A stretch of 64,000 nucleotides of DNA, taken from contig MU005970.1 in the NCBI GenBank assembly GCA_010093745.1, positions 6,138 to 70,137 of the forward strand, read 5' to 3'. Each line of letters opens with the position of its first letter. The stretch's first letter is position 1. The notes below the pieces were generated by a model, which was given only the letters and a program-made list of their open reading frames with translations, made no database searches and was not told where the DNA came from. The stretch is from Piedraia hortae CBS 480.64. Its lineage: Eukaryota. Positions 35,493 to 46,824 of the stretch are shown here, piece after piece. A program made the position numbers and the translations under genes.

Positions 35493-36223
35493 TGAAACGC
35501 TAGGTGTCAGCCAGCTGGAACGGAACTGTATCACCGAAGCGTCTAGCCACCAGCGGCTATCTGTATTACCTGACTTATCGCCCCCCCACAAGGCTAGACT
35601 AGTCTGAGACAAATAACGGTGAGCGACTTGAAGTCGCCCAAAAAGGCTTTCCGTAGCTTCCCGTAAAGAAATCACGTGAGAAAAAGTGGCCTTTCACGCC
35701 CCGGGCGGACACGGTTGAAACGGCCAGGAACTGATTTTGGCTCTCTGCGATTCAGGCACAGCCGAGTCTTGGGCAGCCATCATGCTTACATGCGTCTGCC
35801 TGCCCCGTAGACGTGGGGCTGGATGCACAAAGAAGCAGATGATGTTTCCCTCGTGGCGGGACGGCCGGTCTGGATCGGAGGGGCATGATCATGTCGCATT
35901 GGGTCCCTGTCACTAGCGCCCACGGCTTCGCCCCCGAGAGCTATAAGCAATGTGTCAGCACCGGCCAGTAAGCGCAATCCATCGGTCGTTGTGCAGCCAA
36001 TCAGCGACCATGCCGTTGTCGCCAGCCAATCACCAGACGTGGTGTCGGAAAGGTTCCGTCAACTTGCATGGGCGGCAGGCTAGCGCATGTTGATTGGCCC
36101 ACCAGCCCCACCTGTCCCATGGCATTTAGATCGGCCGCCTCCCGCCTTCCCCGTCCATCTCTTCCCACAGCCCAAACAAACACGCTAATCTAATACTTTT
36201 TTCTCTAATCTTCGGTTTGAATC

Positions 36224-36890
36224 ATGTTTCCACGACGCGACCATGGCGATTACAGCAATATTCTTCCTTTCCTTCCACCGTCTAGAGGCGGAAACATTCA
36301 CAGCCACAACACCTACTATCACGGGCACGCCAACCTACCGCTAATGGCGCGCCAAGTGCCCCGCCTGACTCGTGTAACTCGATCACCACCCGTCTCACTG
36401 GAAATGGAAGCACCAGAGCTCGGGGTTTCGCAGCGTTACTCGGCCGCCAAGGGCTTCGACCTGGAGGATGACGAGGTCTTTTGCCCTCTAAACCTGCTTA
36501 CGGCAGAGGACGTATGTGAATTGCTTCCCTGATGCGAACCTTTACGCTGACGGTACGCAGCTTCAACTCATACACTCATCCTCTGCTTCTGAGCGAGGTT
36601 CTCTGTCATCGGGTTCCCCTGACACGTCGCCAGTCCAGGCACAAGCCCAGCCTTCCACTCCTTATCTTTACTCCGTTGCCCCGCATTCTTATGGTCACTT
36701 AAGCTATCACCATCAGACGGCGCACCATCGCGTCAAGCTACACCAGCCGCTGGCACAGAGAGCGCGCAATCCCATTCCCATCGTGGATCCGATGACAAGA
36801 AACGTAACGAGTCCACCGTTGTCACTCTCTCCCAACGGTAGTATGTCCCACAATCCTTCACAGGCGCAGCTTCCCTCGCGTCGCTGGTAG
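36224..36890 (+). CDS. Conserved fungal hypothetical Ser/Pro-rich protein
   Basis: RYSAAKGFDLEDDEVFCP.LLT.ED, intron 36512-36560 (GTATGT..CTGAC..CAG), SSGSPDTSP, RNPIPIVDP. Confidence 0.75.
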
Positions 36891-37510
36891 ACGTCGGGTT
36901 GCTTTTTCGCCCCCTACTAAGCTTATGGATGATCCCAATGAAATGTACGCGCGCAAGACATCTTACGAAAGGGCGTTGTTAACGAACTGGGGAGGGCTGT
37001 AAATGTTTACACCGATAGCATGGCGAAGGAATATGGGTTTGGGCGTTTAGCAGCTGAAACGATAAGTTACCAGATGTGGGATGTATAAACGTGGGGATGT
37101 GTACAAGTGTGTAAAGATTTACCAACATTGATCAACTTTTATCGTCTCATTGTCGATCATGATTGGGGTGCATGTGTGCCCAAGATGAACCCTGGCAGAA
37201 TTTAAAGTGGTCAATCGAACGTGCTCTTGGGTTCACATGTGGGCAACGGGCGGCATATGGATGCCACGCTTTCCGGCTTCATGGTTGCTTCAGGAGCAGA
37301 TACTAACTGGTGAAATGCGAGACCTCAACCTTCCATGAATGGGGATTTCATCAAGCTCGGTCGTCGCCCTATACATAGCCACGCCAGTAACAGCAGCAGC
37401 AACCGAGCACAACAACTCTCTCCTCCACAGGCCAACTATCTTTAATCATGGTGCCATCAAACGAACGATAATACATAACCCTCACCAAACCCACTTTCCT
37501 AACAACCCAT

Positions 37511-37755
37511 CTACTCCCCCTTCCTAAACTTCTCCGTCGACTGCTTCTGCAAATCCGCAACCGACTCCCCAGAGCCATTCATATCCCCACGGTCAGCTTT
37601 AACGCTCTCCTCGCTATCCGACGCTAGTTTCTCGGACCAGTTATTCTTTCCCGATTTCGCCTTCTCCAGCTGATCGTGTTTATGCTTGTCAGCTTCGTTG
37701 GCGCGGTTTTCGTTATCTATGATACGTTTGTTAATTCGTGTAGGGGGTATGGGTA

Positions 37756-37791
<36 letters not shown>

Positions 37792-37895
37792 AGTGTACGG
37801 AGTTCGGATTCCTTTCCCGCGCGGAGGGAGGTTAGGGAGGAGAAACTGCTTCGCTGGAGGGTGAGGATTGTTCGACGGGGGAGGAGGGTGGACAT
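37511..37895 (-). CDS. Small putative mitochondrial hydrophilic protein (100 aa; W...LASDSE..VKADR family)
   Basis: Not in the ORF track. Exon 1 (37895-37799) is the presequence MSTLLPRRTILTLQRSSFSSLTSLRAGKE. Intron 37798-37717 (GTACAC..TTAAC..TAG). Exon 2 reads HNENRANEADKHKHDQLEKAKSGKNNWSEKLASDSEESVKADRG... Confidence 0.8.
37756..37790. repeat. G35 homopolymer (poly-C on the intron sense strand)
   Basis: Directly visible; lies inside intron 37717-37798. Confidence 0.85.
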
Positions 37896-38087
37896 TGTTC
37901 GCGTGTACATAATTTCTGCTGGTGTAGGTGGTTGGGATGGGACGGGATGATGTTGCCCGGCAAGATGCTTGCCGCAGCGGGGACGGGGATACTTCGGGGC
38001 ATGGTTATTACATCGTTCATACGACTGTCAGGTTCGGTGACATTCACATGTTCGTTCGGTTTGACAGTGGGGCATACTTTTACACGG

Positions 38088-39869
38088 TTATGCGGCCATA
38101 TTAAACAGGTCGTCGACGTTGACGGGCGGTTCGGAGTCTTCGCTGATTTCGCCGCTGCCGGCCGCACCGGCAATGGCTAGTTCGCGCGTGTCTCGCCGGA
38201 CGAGTTCTGATTTTAGCTGCGGTTTGCTGTCACGATTCACATTGACGCAGTCGCCGCGTCCGTTGAGCATCATGGACGCTTCACCGACGTCGCCGCGTCG
38301 GACGGCTTCTTGATACTGTGCTGTGTTTAGGATGGGCAGCAATCGCGTGGCTTCGTACCAACGCCCCCTAGTATCGGCTACGTCCAGACGGTATCTAGTA
38401 GTCACCAGCTTCCAGTAGCTTGCAGCCCCACGCACGGCCTGCGATCTCGCGTTGCGCGTTGTGAGGTCACAGGTTAACCGCCGCGGCAATTGCGGGTTAT
38501 TGGGCACGGCTCCCTGGCCGACGCTGGCCAACGTATAAACGTCGCCGATCAGAAAGGTCTCGCGTCTTATTACCGGCTGCTGCGGCGTGCCCGTCTTGCG
38601 CGTCCGCTCCATCACTGAATGCACCACCATGATGTCCGTTCCCGACCCAAACCGCAGCCGAACCGCGTCACCCACCCAAATCTTCTCCGCCCCGAGAAAG
38701 ATGCCTGTGTAGTGGCGATCCTCCATCCCCGGCTCCGGGTGCTCGACCGAAGCCTCGCAAATGGGCGTAAATGTGCCATCAATCATTTTTGCGGCAAGGA
38801 TCGACGCATCAATCTCAGTGTCTCCGTCTCCGTAGCGCTTCTGCATTATCCCGGCCCAGTCGACTGATTCGTACCGCGGCGGTTCCGTCATTGCGTTGAG
38901 ACCGGCATTGGTGAACAGGGGCACGCTCCACGACAGCCACGGCCGCAGCCCATGCTCTGTCGTCTTGGTGACTGTCGGGGTGCGGTGGCCGGGAAAAGAA
39001 AGCGGCTGCACTGTATAGTTTTCATGGCCCTCGACCATGTTCCAGCGACGAAGTACGATGCCGAGGCCCCAGGCATTGTCTCGTGCGAACCACACCACCT
39101 CGCCCGGCCGGAACATGAATGAGCGAGGCCGGCGGTCAATGTCCTGTTCCGACGTCCTCGGAGCCGGCAGCGGCGTCGGCGGACCTACTTGCTGCGCTGG
39201 CGCAGCAGAGGGTCCCGGTGTATTTCCCGCTGGTCTTGTAGCCGTGGTCAGGGCAACTTGGGTAGTTGCCGTTGGCGTTGTCTTGTGACCCTTGGCAGCC
39301 AAAATGCTGTTTTCGATATCCTCTGGTGTGCAAACGCGGCAAGTACAGTTGTCTGGGTCACCGCTCTCGTCGGTGCAAAGCCACAGCAGATGCGGGAAGA
39401 ACTCAGCGGGGCTGCGGAAGCGCTTCTTGCGGCCACCCGGGTGGCCGTAAAGGTAGGCGTCTTGGCGATCGTTGCCTCCGCCGGCGTGGGTTTTGTTCTT
39501 GACCTCGGTCTTGCCGTCTCTCTCTGTCTTCTTGACATGTTCAAATAGTCGGTAGTTCTCTGGAAAAGCAGCTAAGATGTAGTTGGGATTGAAGTTGTTG
39601 CCCTTGTTCTCCAGCTCGCGGATCAGCATTCCGCCCAGCTTCCGTCTCCAGTCGATTGACTTGACATGGTCGGGTCCGACTTCGCGGTAGAAATTGCAGG
39701 TTCCTTTTGCATCTGGCTCCTGGCTCAGCTGGTCGTCTGTCGGGCCGTTGCGCTCTGCCCGTCGTCCTTTGGTCGAATAGACCAGCTTGGCATCGCTGCG
39801 ACGCACATACAGCGGGTAAAACCGCGTCATGTTGCGGTCGGTGGTGTTTGGGGTTGGTGTAAGTGACAT
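38088..39869 (-). CDS. clr2: Cryptic loci regulator 2 (SHREC silencing complex)-like protein
   Basis: WRRKLGGML, FPENYRLFEH, DAYLYGHP..KRFRSPAEFFPHLLWL..CTCRVC, FRPGEVVW, GIFLGAEKIWVGDAVRL, GRWYE. Confidence 0.85.
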   Translation of the reverse strand: MSLTPTPNTTDRNMTRFYPLYVRRSDAKLVYSTKGRRAERNGPTDDQLSQEPDAKGTCNFYREVGPDHVKSIDWRRKLGGMLIRELENKGNNFNPNYILAAFPENYRLFEHVKKTERDGKTEVKNKTHAGGGNDRQDAYLYGHPGGRKKRFRSPAEFFPHLLWLCTDESGDPDNCTCRVCTPEDIENSILAAKGHKTTPTATTQVALTTATRPAGNTPGPSAAPAQQVGPPTPLPAPRTSEQDIDRRPRSFMFRPGEVVWFARDNAWGLGIVLRRWNMVEGHENYTVQPLSFPGHRTPTVTKTTEHGLRPWLSWSVPLFTNAGLNAMTEPPRYESVDWAGIMQKRYGDGDTEIDASILAAKMIDGTFTPICEASVEHPEPGMEDRHYTGIFLGAEKIWVGDAVRLRFGSGTDIMVVHSVMERTRKTGTPQQPVIRRETFLIGDVYTLASVGQGAVPNNPQLPRRLTCDLTTRNARSQAVRGAASYWKLVTTRYRLDVADTRGRWYEATRLLPILNTAQYQEAVRRGDVGEASMMLNGRGDCVNVNRDSKPQLKSELVRRDTRELAIAGAAGSGEISEDSEPPVNVDDLFNMAA

Positions 39870-42295
39870 GGGTAAGTTACCGCGCTAGCACGCGACCATT
39901 GCCCTCTGCAATCGGGCACGCTCATGGCTTTGCTTGTGAAAGACAAGCTTCGTAGATGATATCGCTACTCGGTCGACGCGGTGCTGGTGCTTGTGATAAC
40001 TATAGCACATCAACCTGTTCATTCGCAATCAATACTCTTTGAGTGATTCCTTGGCGCCACAGGGTATACAATAACATGGGGATTGCGAAAACCAAAAGAG
40101 AGAACGGTCTGAATGATGAGGCGATATAGTTCCTACAGTAGGTTTGATCTGGTGTCCATATTGGCCAGCAATCCTATTTCCGGTTCATATAACTGCTCCA
40201 CTCTTGCTATGCGTGGCTTGCAAATACGATCAACAATCTAGCAAAAGTTGTACAGCCAAGCAGCAGTTAATATCTGACCACTTTTGCCCAGAAAGGCCTC
40301 CGACTGGTAGGAACATGGGAGTCCCATGATTTGTTGGAGAGCTCATATATCGTACATGCAGCCTTTAAGTGCATAAACTCATTTGATTCCCTTTGCATGT
40401 TTGGATGCCCTTGTAACGGTGGAGCACCACTCCATTCAATGCACTCTCCGCTTGCAGAAAAATTATGAGCTTGCTTGGGTCATTACGCCTGGCAAATGCA
40501 TACCCGGTAGCTCAAGCGGAACGAACTGGTCATAAGCTGTTCTGTTCAACTTGTCTGATTCTATAGGGAGGCACTTTTGCTCAATTGAAGTATTCGTCGT
40601 GGCGGAGCTCATAGTACAGCGTCACTGGGTAGATACCTCTGCGAGCAATGCAACCAATTCTTCATCTCGACACGGTCACCACGTCGCCTTGTGATCAACA
40701 TGCAATATTTTCATTTGGCTGCGCTTTATGGTTCCTGAGCCGCTGAATTGTTGATAAGTGACGAGTACGATCCAACTCTCCGAGATGTCAATTGTGATGT
40801 TCATCTCTGGTCCAGCTGGTTCAAGAAGATAAAGTATGCTCGTCCGACCTAGCCGAAGGGTTAAGATCTGCCCGCCCTTTTCCAAACGCAGAAATTTTTG
40901 CTGGATATATGGAGGAGAGAGATTGATCTCAAGCTCCCAAAATTTGTTCTATCAGGCGTAGAGACAGCCATACCTTTGGCACGCCCGGAGACTTTCATGG
41001 CCGCCATTCCATCGAATGATCATATTTCTCTTGAAATACCTATCAGTTTTCGATCTGGCCGCTGCTTTTCATGCTGATACCTGAAACAATCTACATCGGT
41101 TGATTCATCTGCGTGCGGTAGCAGCTTGAGGCTTATTTCAATCCTGCTCCGATGCTCCCCTGGACCGTCGATCAACCGACGAGGTTTCCAGATGATACAT
41201 CAGCTTATGAGAAAGGGATTCGGATTCTCGTGGAGGGTATATTGACTTCTTTATCCCTTTGGCTGCGAGGCCTTGCATTCTGTTCCATTAGGGTACTTCT
41301 ATTGATGTTAAGGTTCACTGGGTCCGACCCACACTGCCCCTGCATGAGACAATCCCGACTAAATCACATCCGGTCACAGTCTGATGAGAACTTGTTCACT
41401 CTACTACACCTCTCTCGACAGATAATACTGCCCCCCTGAGAGAGGTAGCACGGCTCAACGCTACTCTTATAGCCTTTTAATGCTCAAACAGACTCTGGCA
41501 CATATGTCCATCAAACAAGGGCCAACTGCTGATCGAGAATGGCCATGAAAGCGTCGGTCGGCAGCAGGGCGGGGTTAATGATCAGCTTACGCAAGCAGAA
41601 TGAAAGCCGAGCCGGTAAAGCTTGTCGACGCAAGACCGTTTGGCGGTGTCGTCTGCGACTGCCAATCATGCTCCGGCATCGGTATCTCGTTCAGCCCTAC
41701 AATCAGCCCTACAAGCCACGATGATTTCTTTTCCGATGTGATTGGTTGAGAAAGCGACGTCAGCGGCGTGCCGGGAGCAAAGCCGCACCTATCGGTTTAT
41801 TTTTTCCTCGAGCTTCTCGGGTGCTTCCACAAACGGCGAAGATAACGTCAACAAGGGTGATTAGTCATTGAACTGACGGCAACTACCACGTGACGGTTTG
41901 CGGGGAGAGGCAGATGGGATGGCGGACAAGGACAGGCGGGCCACCACAAGCCGCGCCGACAACCGCAAAACAACGGCTCAGGGCCAAACAGCCCAAGACC
42001 AGGGATCAGAAACAAAGACATGGACAATCTTTAATAAAGAAGAGGCCGCGCACGCGCCGCATGGTGCCGCGGGCTTGGGGAATAACAAAATAATTAATCG
42101 GCATCAATCAAATCCGCTTCAAGGTCGACCTTCGCTCTGACCGTTCTGTGATCACGGGCCTAACCCTAACGACCCTTTTTACTTTTCGGACCTTGGGTTG
42201 ACGCCCCTCCCACATCACCACTGCGGTTTTATCCCTTGCGCATTCCACCCTCATTCCACTAATAAACGCGACATCTCTCCCCCGGACAAATCGCA

Positions 42296-43098
42296 ATGGC
42301 CACCAAAGTAAGCAACACTGTCCCTTCTACGGTGGCGGCCCCCACTGACGCGCGCGCGCAGTTCCTCCGAGAGTACAAGCTCGTGGTCGTTGGCGGCGGC
42401 GGAGTAGGCAAGAGCTGCATAACAATACAGCTTGTTCAGAGCCATTTCGTTGACGAGTACGATCCAACAATCGAAGGTGCGCTATTTGTGGCATTGGCTG
42501 CTGCGCCTCCCTCCCCCCCTTCTTGTCGCTGACTCGGTACAGACTCATACCGCAAGCAATGTGTCATTGACGATGAGGTCGCTTTGTTGGACGTGCTCGA
42601 TACGGCAGGCCAAGAAGAGTACTCTGCCATGCGCGAGCAATACATGCGCACTGGCGAAGGCTTTCTCCTTGTCTATAGCATCACTTCGCGACAGAGTTTT
42701 GAGGAGATTGTCACTTTCCAGCAACAGATATTGCGAGTCAAGGACAGAGATTATTTCCCCATAATCGTTGTTGGAAACAAGTGTGATTTGGAGAGTGAGA
42801 GGCAGGTGAGCACCGAAGGTATGTGGTTTGTCCGGCATGGGAAAAGGGGCCGCGCTGACAACTGGCTATAGAGGGAAAACAATTGGCACGTCAGTTTGGC
42901 TGCAAATTCATCGAGACGTCGGCCAAGTCACGCAGCAACGTCGAGAATGCTTTCTACGACATTGTGCGCGAGATCCGAAGGTATAACAAGTCAATGTCGA
43001 ACTATCCCGGAAGAAACGTCCAACACCCGAGCGATAAAATAGCCGCCGGCGACGGTGACCGGGATGCTGGCTGCTGCGGAAAATGCGCCATCATGTAA
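42296..43098 (+). CDS. ras1: Ras GTPase (Ras1/RasA)
   Basis: [44 protein letters not shown] box. Introns 42477-42542 and 42819-42871. Confidence 0.97.
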
Positions 43099-43280
43099 CG
43101 GCCGCGCTTTCCACTGCTTTTTTGTCTGTTTTTTTTCCAGATGTCCCCTTCAGAGGACATTTACAAGCGAAGGGGAATATGGCAGGGGCGTTTATGTTGG
43201 GCGCGGCGTTTTATCCATTATCTCATGGCCGGGTATCAAATCAGATGGGTAGTTCTTATATTTTCCCAGTCCTTCATTCT

Positions 43281-43782
43281 CTATCCCTCCTCCTCCAATC
43301 TGTGCTTCAAAGTATCAACAAACTCATCTGCATCCTCAACATCAATAACCTTCCCTCCCGTCCCCGCCTCTGCCCTTACAAGTTCCCTCGCACCGGCATA
43401 AACCATCCTCTGCTCCCCCGTACACGTAACCGGCATATAAGAAACCAAAACATACGGAACACTCTGTCTCCCCTGCTTCATCATCGGATAACTCACACAA
43501 ATAAACCTCGGGGCGTTTGAGGGTAGATCCTCCGCAAGCTCGGAGAGATCCGTATACGTCCCTTCGGATTCGAATGTTAGGGATTTTGAGATTTGGACTG
43601 GTTCATCGGGTTAGACACCCATCTAAGGGTGAAGGGAAGACGAACGAAGTAAAGCCCTAGGTTCAGATTCGCGGGATGTTGACAGCCGGAACTTGCGGAG
43701 TTGGGTTTTTAGATCTTGGGGGAGGGTGTACATTGACTTGTTCTTAGTACATCACTTGAGAAGCAGAATTATTCTTTACCAT
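43281..43782 (-). CDS. AIM7: Glia maturation factor (ADF-H family)
   Basis: LRKFRLSTSR, ELAEDLPSNAPRFIVLSYP, GRQSVPYVL, RMVYAGAREL. Probable ATG-only first exon (intron 43779-43737) and a second GTTCGT..CTAAC..CAG intron. Alternative start at 43733. Confidence 0.85.
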
Positions 43783-43878
43783 TTTCCGTGACGTGCGTGA
43801 TGGATGCGGTGTTTGATGCCCCGCGATGTCAGCGGGGCTGTCAACCCCACCCTGTAACTTTTCTGTCGAAAAGAAACA

Positions 43879-44638
43879 ATGTTAACCCTCGCGCTTAGTG
43901 CTGATCTTGACGGGTAGGTTTACATTGTTGATCCCTTCGGAGAAGCCATTCTGATTCCGGAATAAGTATAACAGACCTCCAACCCGCCGAAGACGAATGG
44001 ACGTTCAAAATCCAGTGCACTTCCTGTCGCGAGACGCATCCGAATTGGGTTTCGTTTAGTTCTTCTGTATGATTGTACACCTTTTGGGGGAAGGGGACTG
44101 ATTGGAAAAAACAGGATAAAGTCGAGCAAAGCAAAGGCAAAGGCGAGGCGAATTTCGTGTGGAGATGTCGGAATTGCAAGGTATCTTTCTTCCATTGAAA
44201 CCAACCAGGGTGGGGGGTCTCCTTCCATGCTTTTTCTTCCCTGGAATTGTTCCATGCTATTCCATTCAACTCAGGGGATCACTTCCTCTAATTTCTTTGC
44301 CTCCATTGGAGATTATATGCTAATTAAAATAGAGGGAACATACAGCCAATGTCGTCGATTCGCCGAAGGCTTACTCTGATTCGAATGCACTCAAGAACAT
44401 CATCTCGTTTGATTGTAGGGGGATTGAACTTTTGGAGTTTAAACCTGATGTGCGTTGTTATTACCCTCTTCAACCCTACATTTGTTGATTGGCATAGGGC
44501 AACTGGAAAGCAAAAGGCACAGAATCGAATACGCCGTTCCCCGAGATCGATTTAAACGATGATTGGTTCGATTATGATGAGAAAGCTGCTGCTGAGGTTT
44601 CGATAAAGGAGGTAAAGTGGGTTATTAGGAAAGCGTGA
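43879..44638 (+). CDS. DUF866/UPF0587 (CXXC zinc-binding, CZIB-like) protein
   Basis: Not in the ORF track; five exons: MLTLALSADLDG-ITDLQP..FKIQCTSCRETH..GEANFVWRCRNCK-REH..FDCRGIELLEFKPD-GNW..DWFDYDEKA..EVSI. Confidence 0.88.
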
Positions 44639-44997
44639 GGATACCACTTGGTATGCTTGTTTGCTCTTCATGTACGTTGTAAACTTTGTATCCTGTGGGT
44701 GGTTCCATTGGGAGGAAGGGTGGTATTTCTTTCTCTGTTGAACTTGGTTCCTCGAATTTAAGCTCTCGGTTGGTAATCGCCTTAGGTTCTAAGACATGGC
44801 CGTACCCACTGAACCGTTAGGCAAGGATCTTACTCCTCTCGGATTCAAGACTTGGTATATGCCAGGACATATTTCGTGTGGCTGGATATGTGTGCACGGG
44901 AATCAAAGGCTGGACCAGGAAAGATTGAATGAGGAAGATGGACTACTCACAGGCATACACAGCTCTCGCCATCGTACAGTATGTACATATAAACACA

Positions 44998-46587
44998 CTA
45001 ACAGCCGAGGTATCGCTGCTCAACCCATCGCGGCTCAATATCGCCGGCAACATGGCATAGAACGACATGGATATCCGGGTAAACTGTCATCAGTCGGTTG
45101 AGGCCGTTGCGTCCAGCCATGTATGTTACAAAAACAATTTGATCTTCCCGCGCATCGTGGTCTAGCAAGACCCGCACCGCCATGAGCGCCGCGCCACCAG
45201 AGCTCATCTGCGGATCGAGAAGTAGCACGCAGCCGCTCTCGCAGACCTTGCCAAGGCTGTAAAAATGTAATTCAGGCTCGCCGGTTCGATGGTTCGCTTG
45301 TATCAACATGCGCCCTGTTCGGCAGTCCGGAATGACACGTTTGAGGCCCGTTTCCAGACAGGACCCGCCTCGCAGAATGACGACGGCAGATGCTTCGCCA
45401 GCCCATTTCAGGCCGCGGATGTCGCGTCCCGTCGGTGTTTCTACCTCACGGGAGCGGAACTGTAGCCCGACCTCGCAGGCTTTCTCAACGAGCATGACGG
45501 CTAGGCGATCAAAGTAGAAGATGAACTCATCTGTTGGCGTGCCGTGCACCATGAGGCGTGTGTTGATACTTCGCACTTGGTTCGTTTGCTGCAAGATGCG
45601 GATGTGCGGGGAGAGGGGATGGTCTTCACATTCCTGGCCCAGCCGTCTCAGCTCATGCTGGTGCATGGCCGACTTTTCATCCAGAGTCTTGCGGATCCGA
45701 TCGGCCACCATGCTAATGGCGACTTTGTTCTCTATGCCCCGAGGCACAATGAGATCTATTCTGGTCAGCTGCCGCTCGAGTCCAAGATTTGTGTGTGCGT
45801 AGAATTATATCAGAAAGTGATGATTGTCTTCAAGGTTGTTTTCAACCTCAGTTGAACTATGCTTTTTGTTTTTGTGCTCATCATACAAAGGTGCAGATAT
45901 GTCAGACTTACCGGCCTTGACCCTCTGAGGTTCGACATATTTGTGGAAGTTGGGCTTAACGAAGCTGAACCATTGCTTTATGCAGCCGTGGATGTCACGA
46001 CCACGCTCCTCGACATCCCGCAGCACTTGATCATTAGCCAGCAATCAGACAAAGACAACTAGCTTACGTCGGCGCGACAAGCACAGGTCGGCATCTGCAT
46101 CTGCAAAGATCTTCATATCCAGCATATCCAGCACGCGCTGGTCATGCAGAGCGAATATCCCTTCCAGAAGAAGCACGTGGGGCGAGTAAATTGTGGTGGT
46201 GCGATCCAGCCGCTTATGCTTCTCAAAGGAATAGACAGGGATGTTAGCCTTTTGCCTGGACGGTCAGTCGCGCCTTTGACCGTTGAACCAGGCGTACCCG
46301 GACTTGATTTCGCGCAGTCGCTCGACCAAGATGTCGAAATCGATTGCCTTGGGCGAGTCAAAGTCGTACTCGTTCCGAAACGCCGCAGCACTCTGCTCAG
46401 CATCCAAGGGCTTGTAGAAGCTGTCCATGGACAAAATCACGACCCACGGCAAGCTCAACTCCTTGATGATGGCGTGTGACAACGAGGTCTTGCCGGAGCC
46501 AGACGAGCCGGCGATGCCGATGATGGACGTATTGGCCCATGGAGGAGAGTAGTGGGCGCGCTGAACCCCATCGCTGAGCCTCTTCAT
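44998..46587 (-). CDS. URK1: Uridine kinase with C-terminal UPRTase-like domain
   Basis: IGIAGSSGSGKT, SMDSFY, FDSP, EGIFAL, RDVEERGR, FIFYFDRL, LLDPQMSSGGAA. Introns 46297-46256, 46067-46026 and 45911-45756. Confidence 0.93.
45805..45888 (-). ncRNA. Intronic box C/D snoRNA, snR60/SNORD77-80-like (predicted guide for LSU A817, yeast numbering)
   Basis: In URK1 intron 3 (156 nt). Box C ATGATGA 45884-45878, guide GCATAGTTCA + a + D' CTGA 45851-45848, hairpin GGTTG-AAAA-CAACC, C'-like TGAAGA, box D CTGA 45813-45810. The guide is complementary to the conserved LSU sequence UGAACUAUGC. Confidence 0.85.
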
Positions 46588-46824
46588 TTGATCTTCCTCA
46601 TGGCCGAGAGGTTTTTGGTGGACGGTGGTGTCAGGGCCACACGTGATCGCACAGGAGAGTCACGTGCTTGGCGGGGCTGTCCACAAACGCAAAATTTTCC
46701 CTTTCGTCCCAGGCTTCTGCATGTGAGGATGAATTGCAGCGCGCGCCTGAGCCTGCCGTTTGTGCCGCTTTTTTATGGTAAATGCATCACCATTATCCTT
46801 CCAGACCAGACTAACGCTCCGAAG

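Noticed and set aside
42159..42170. CCTAACCCTAAC telomere-like motif upstream of ras1
   Set aside because: Only two units, which is expected by chance.
44181..44332. Long (152 nt) DUF866 intron as a fourth snoRNA host or nested intron
   Set aside because: No C/D boxes, no convincing H/ACA boxes and no nested splice signals; only a weak CCAGGG/CCCTGG hairpin. An Rfam scan would still be worthwhile.
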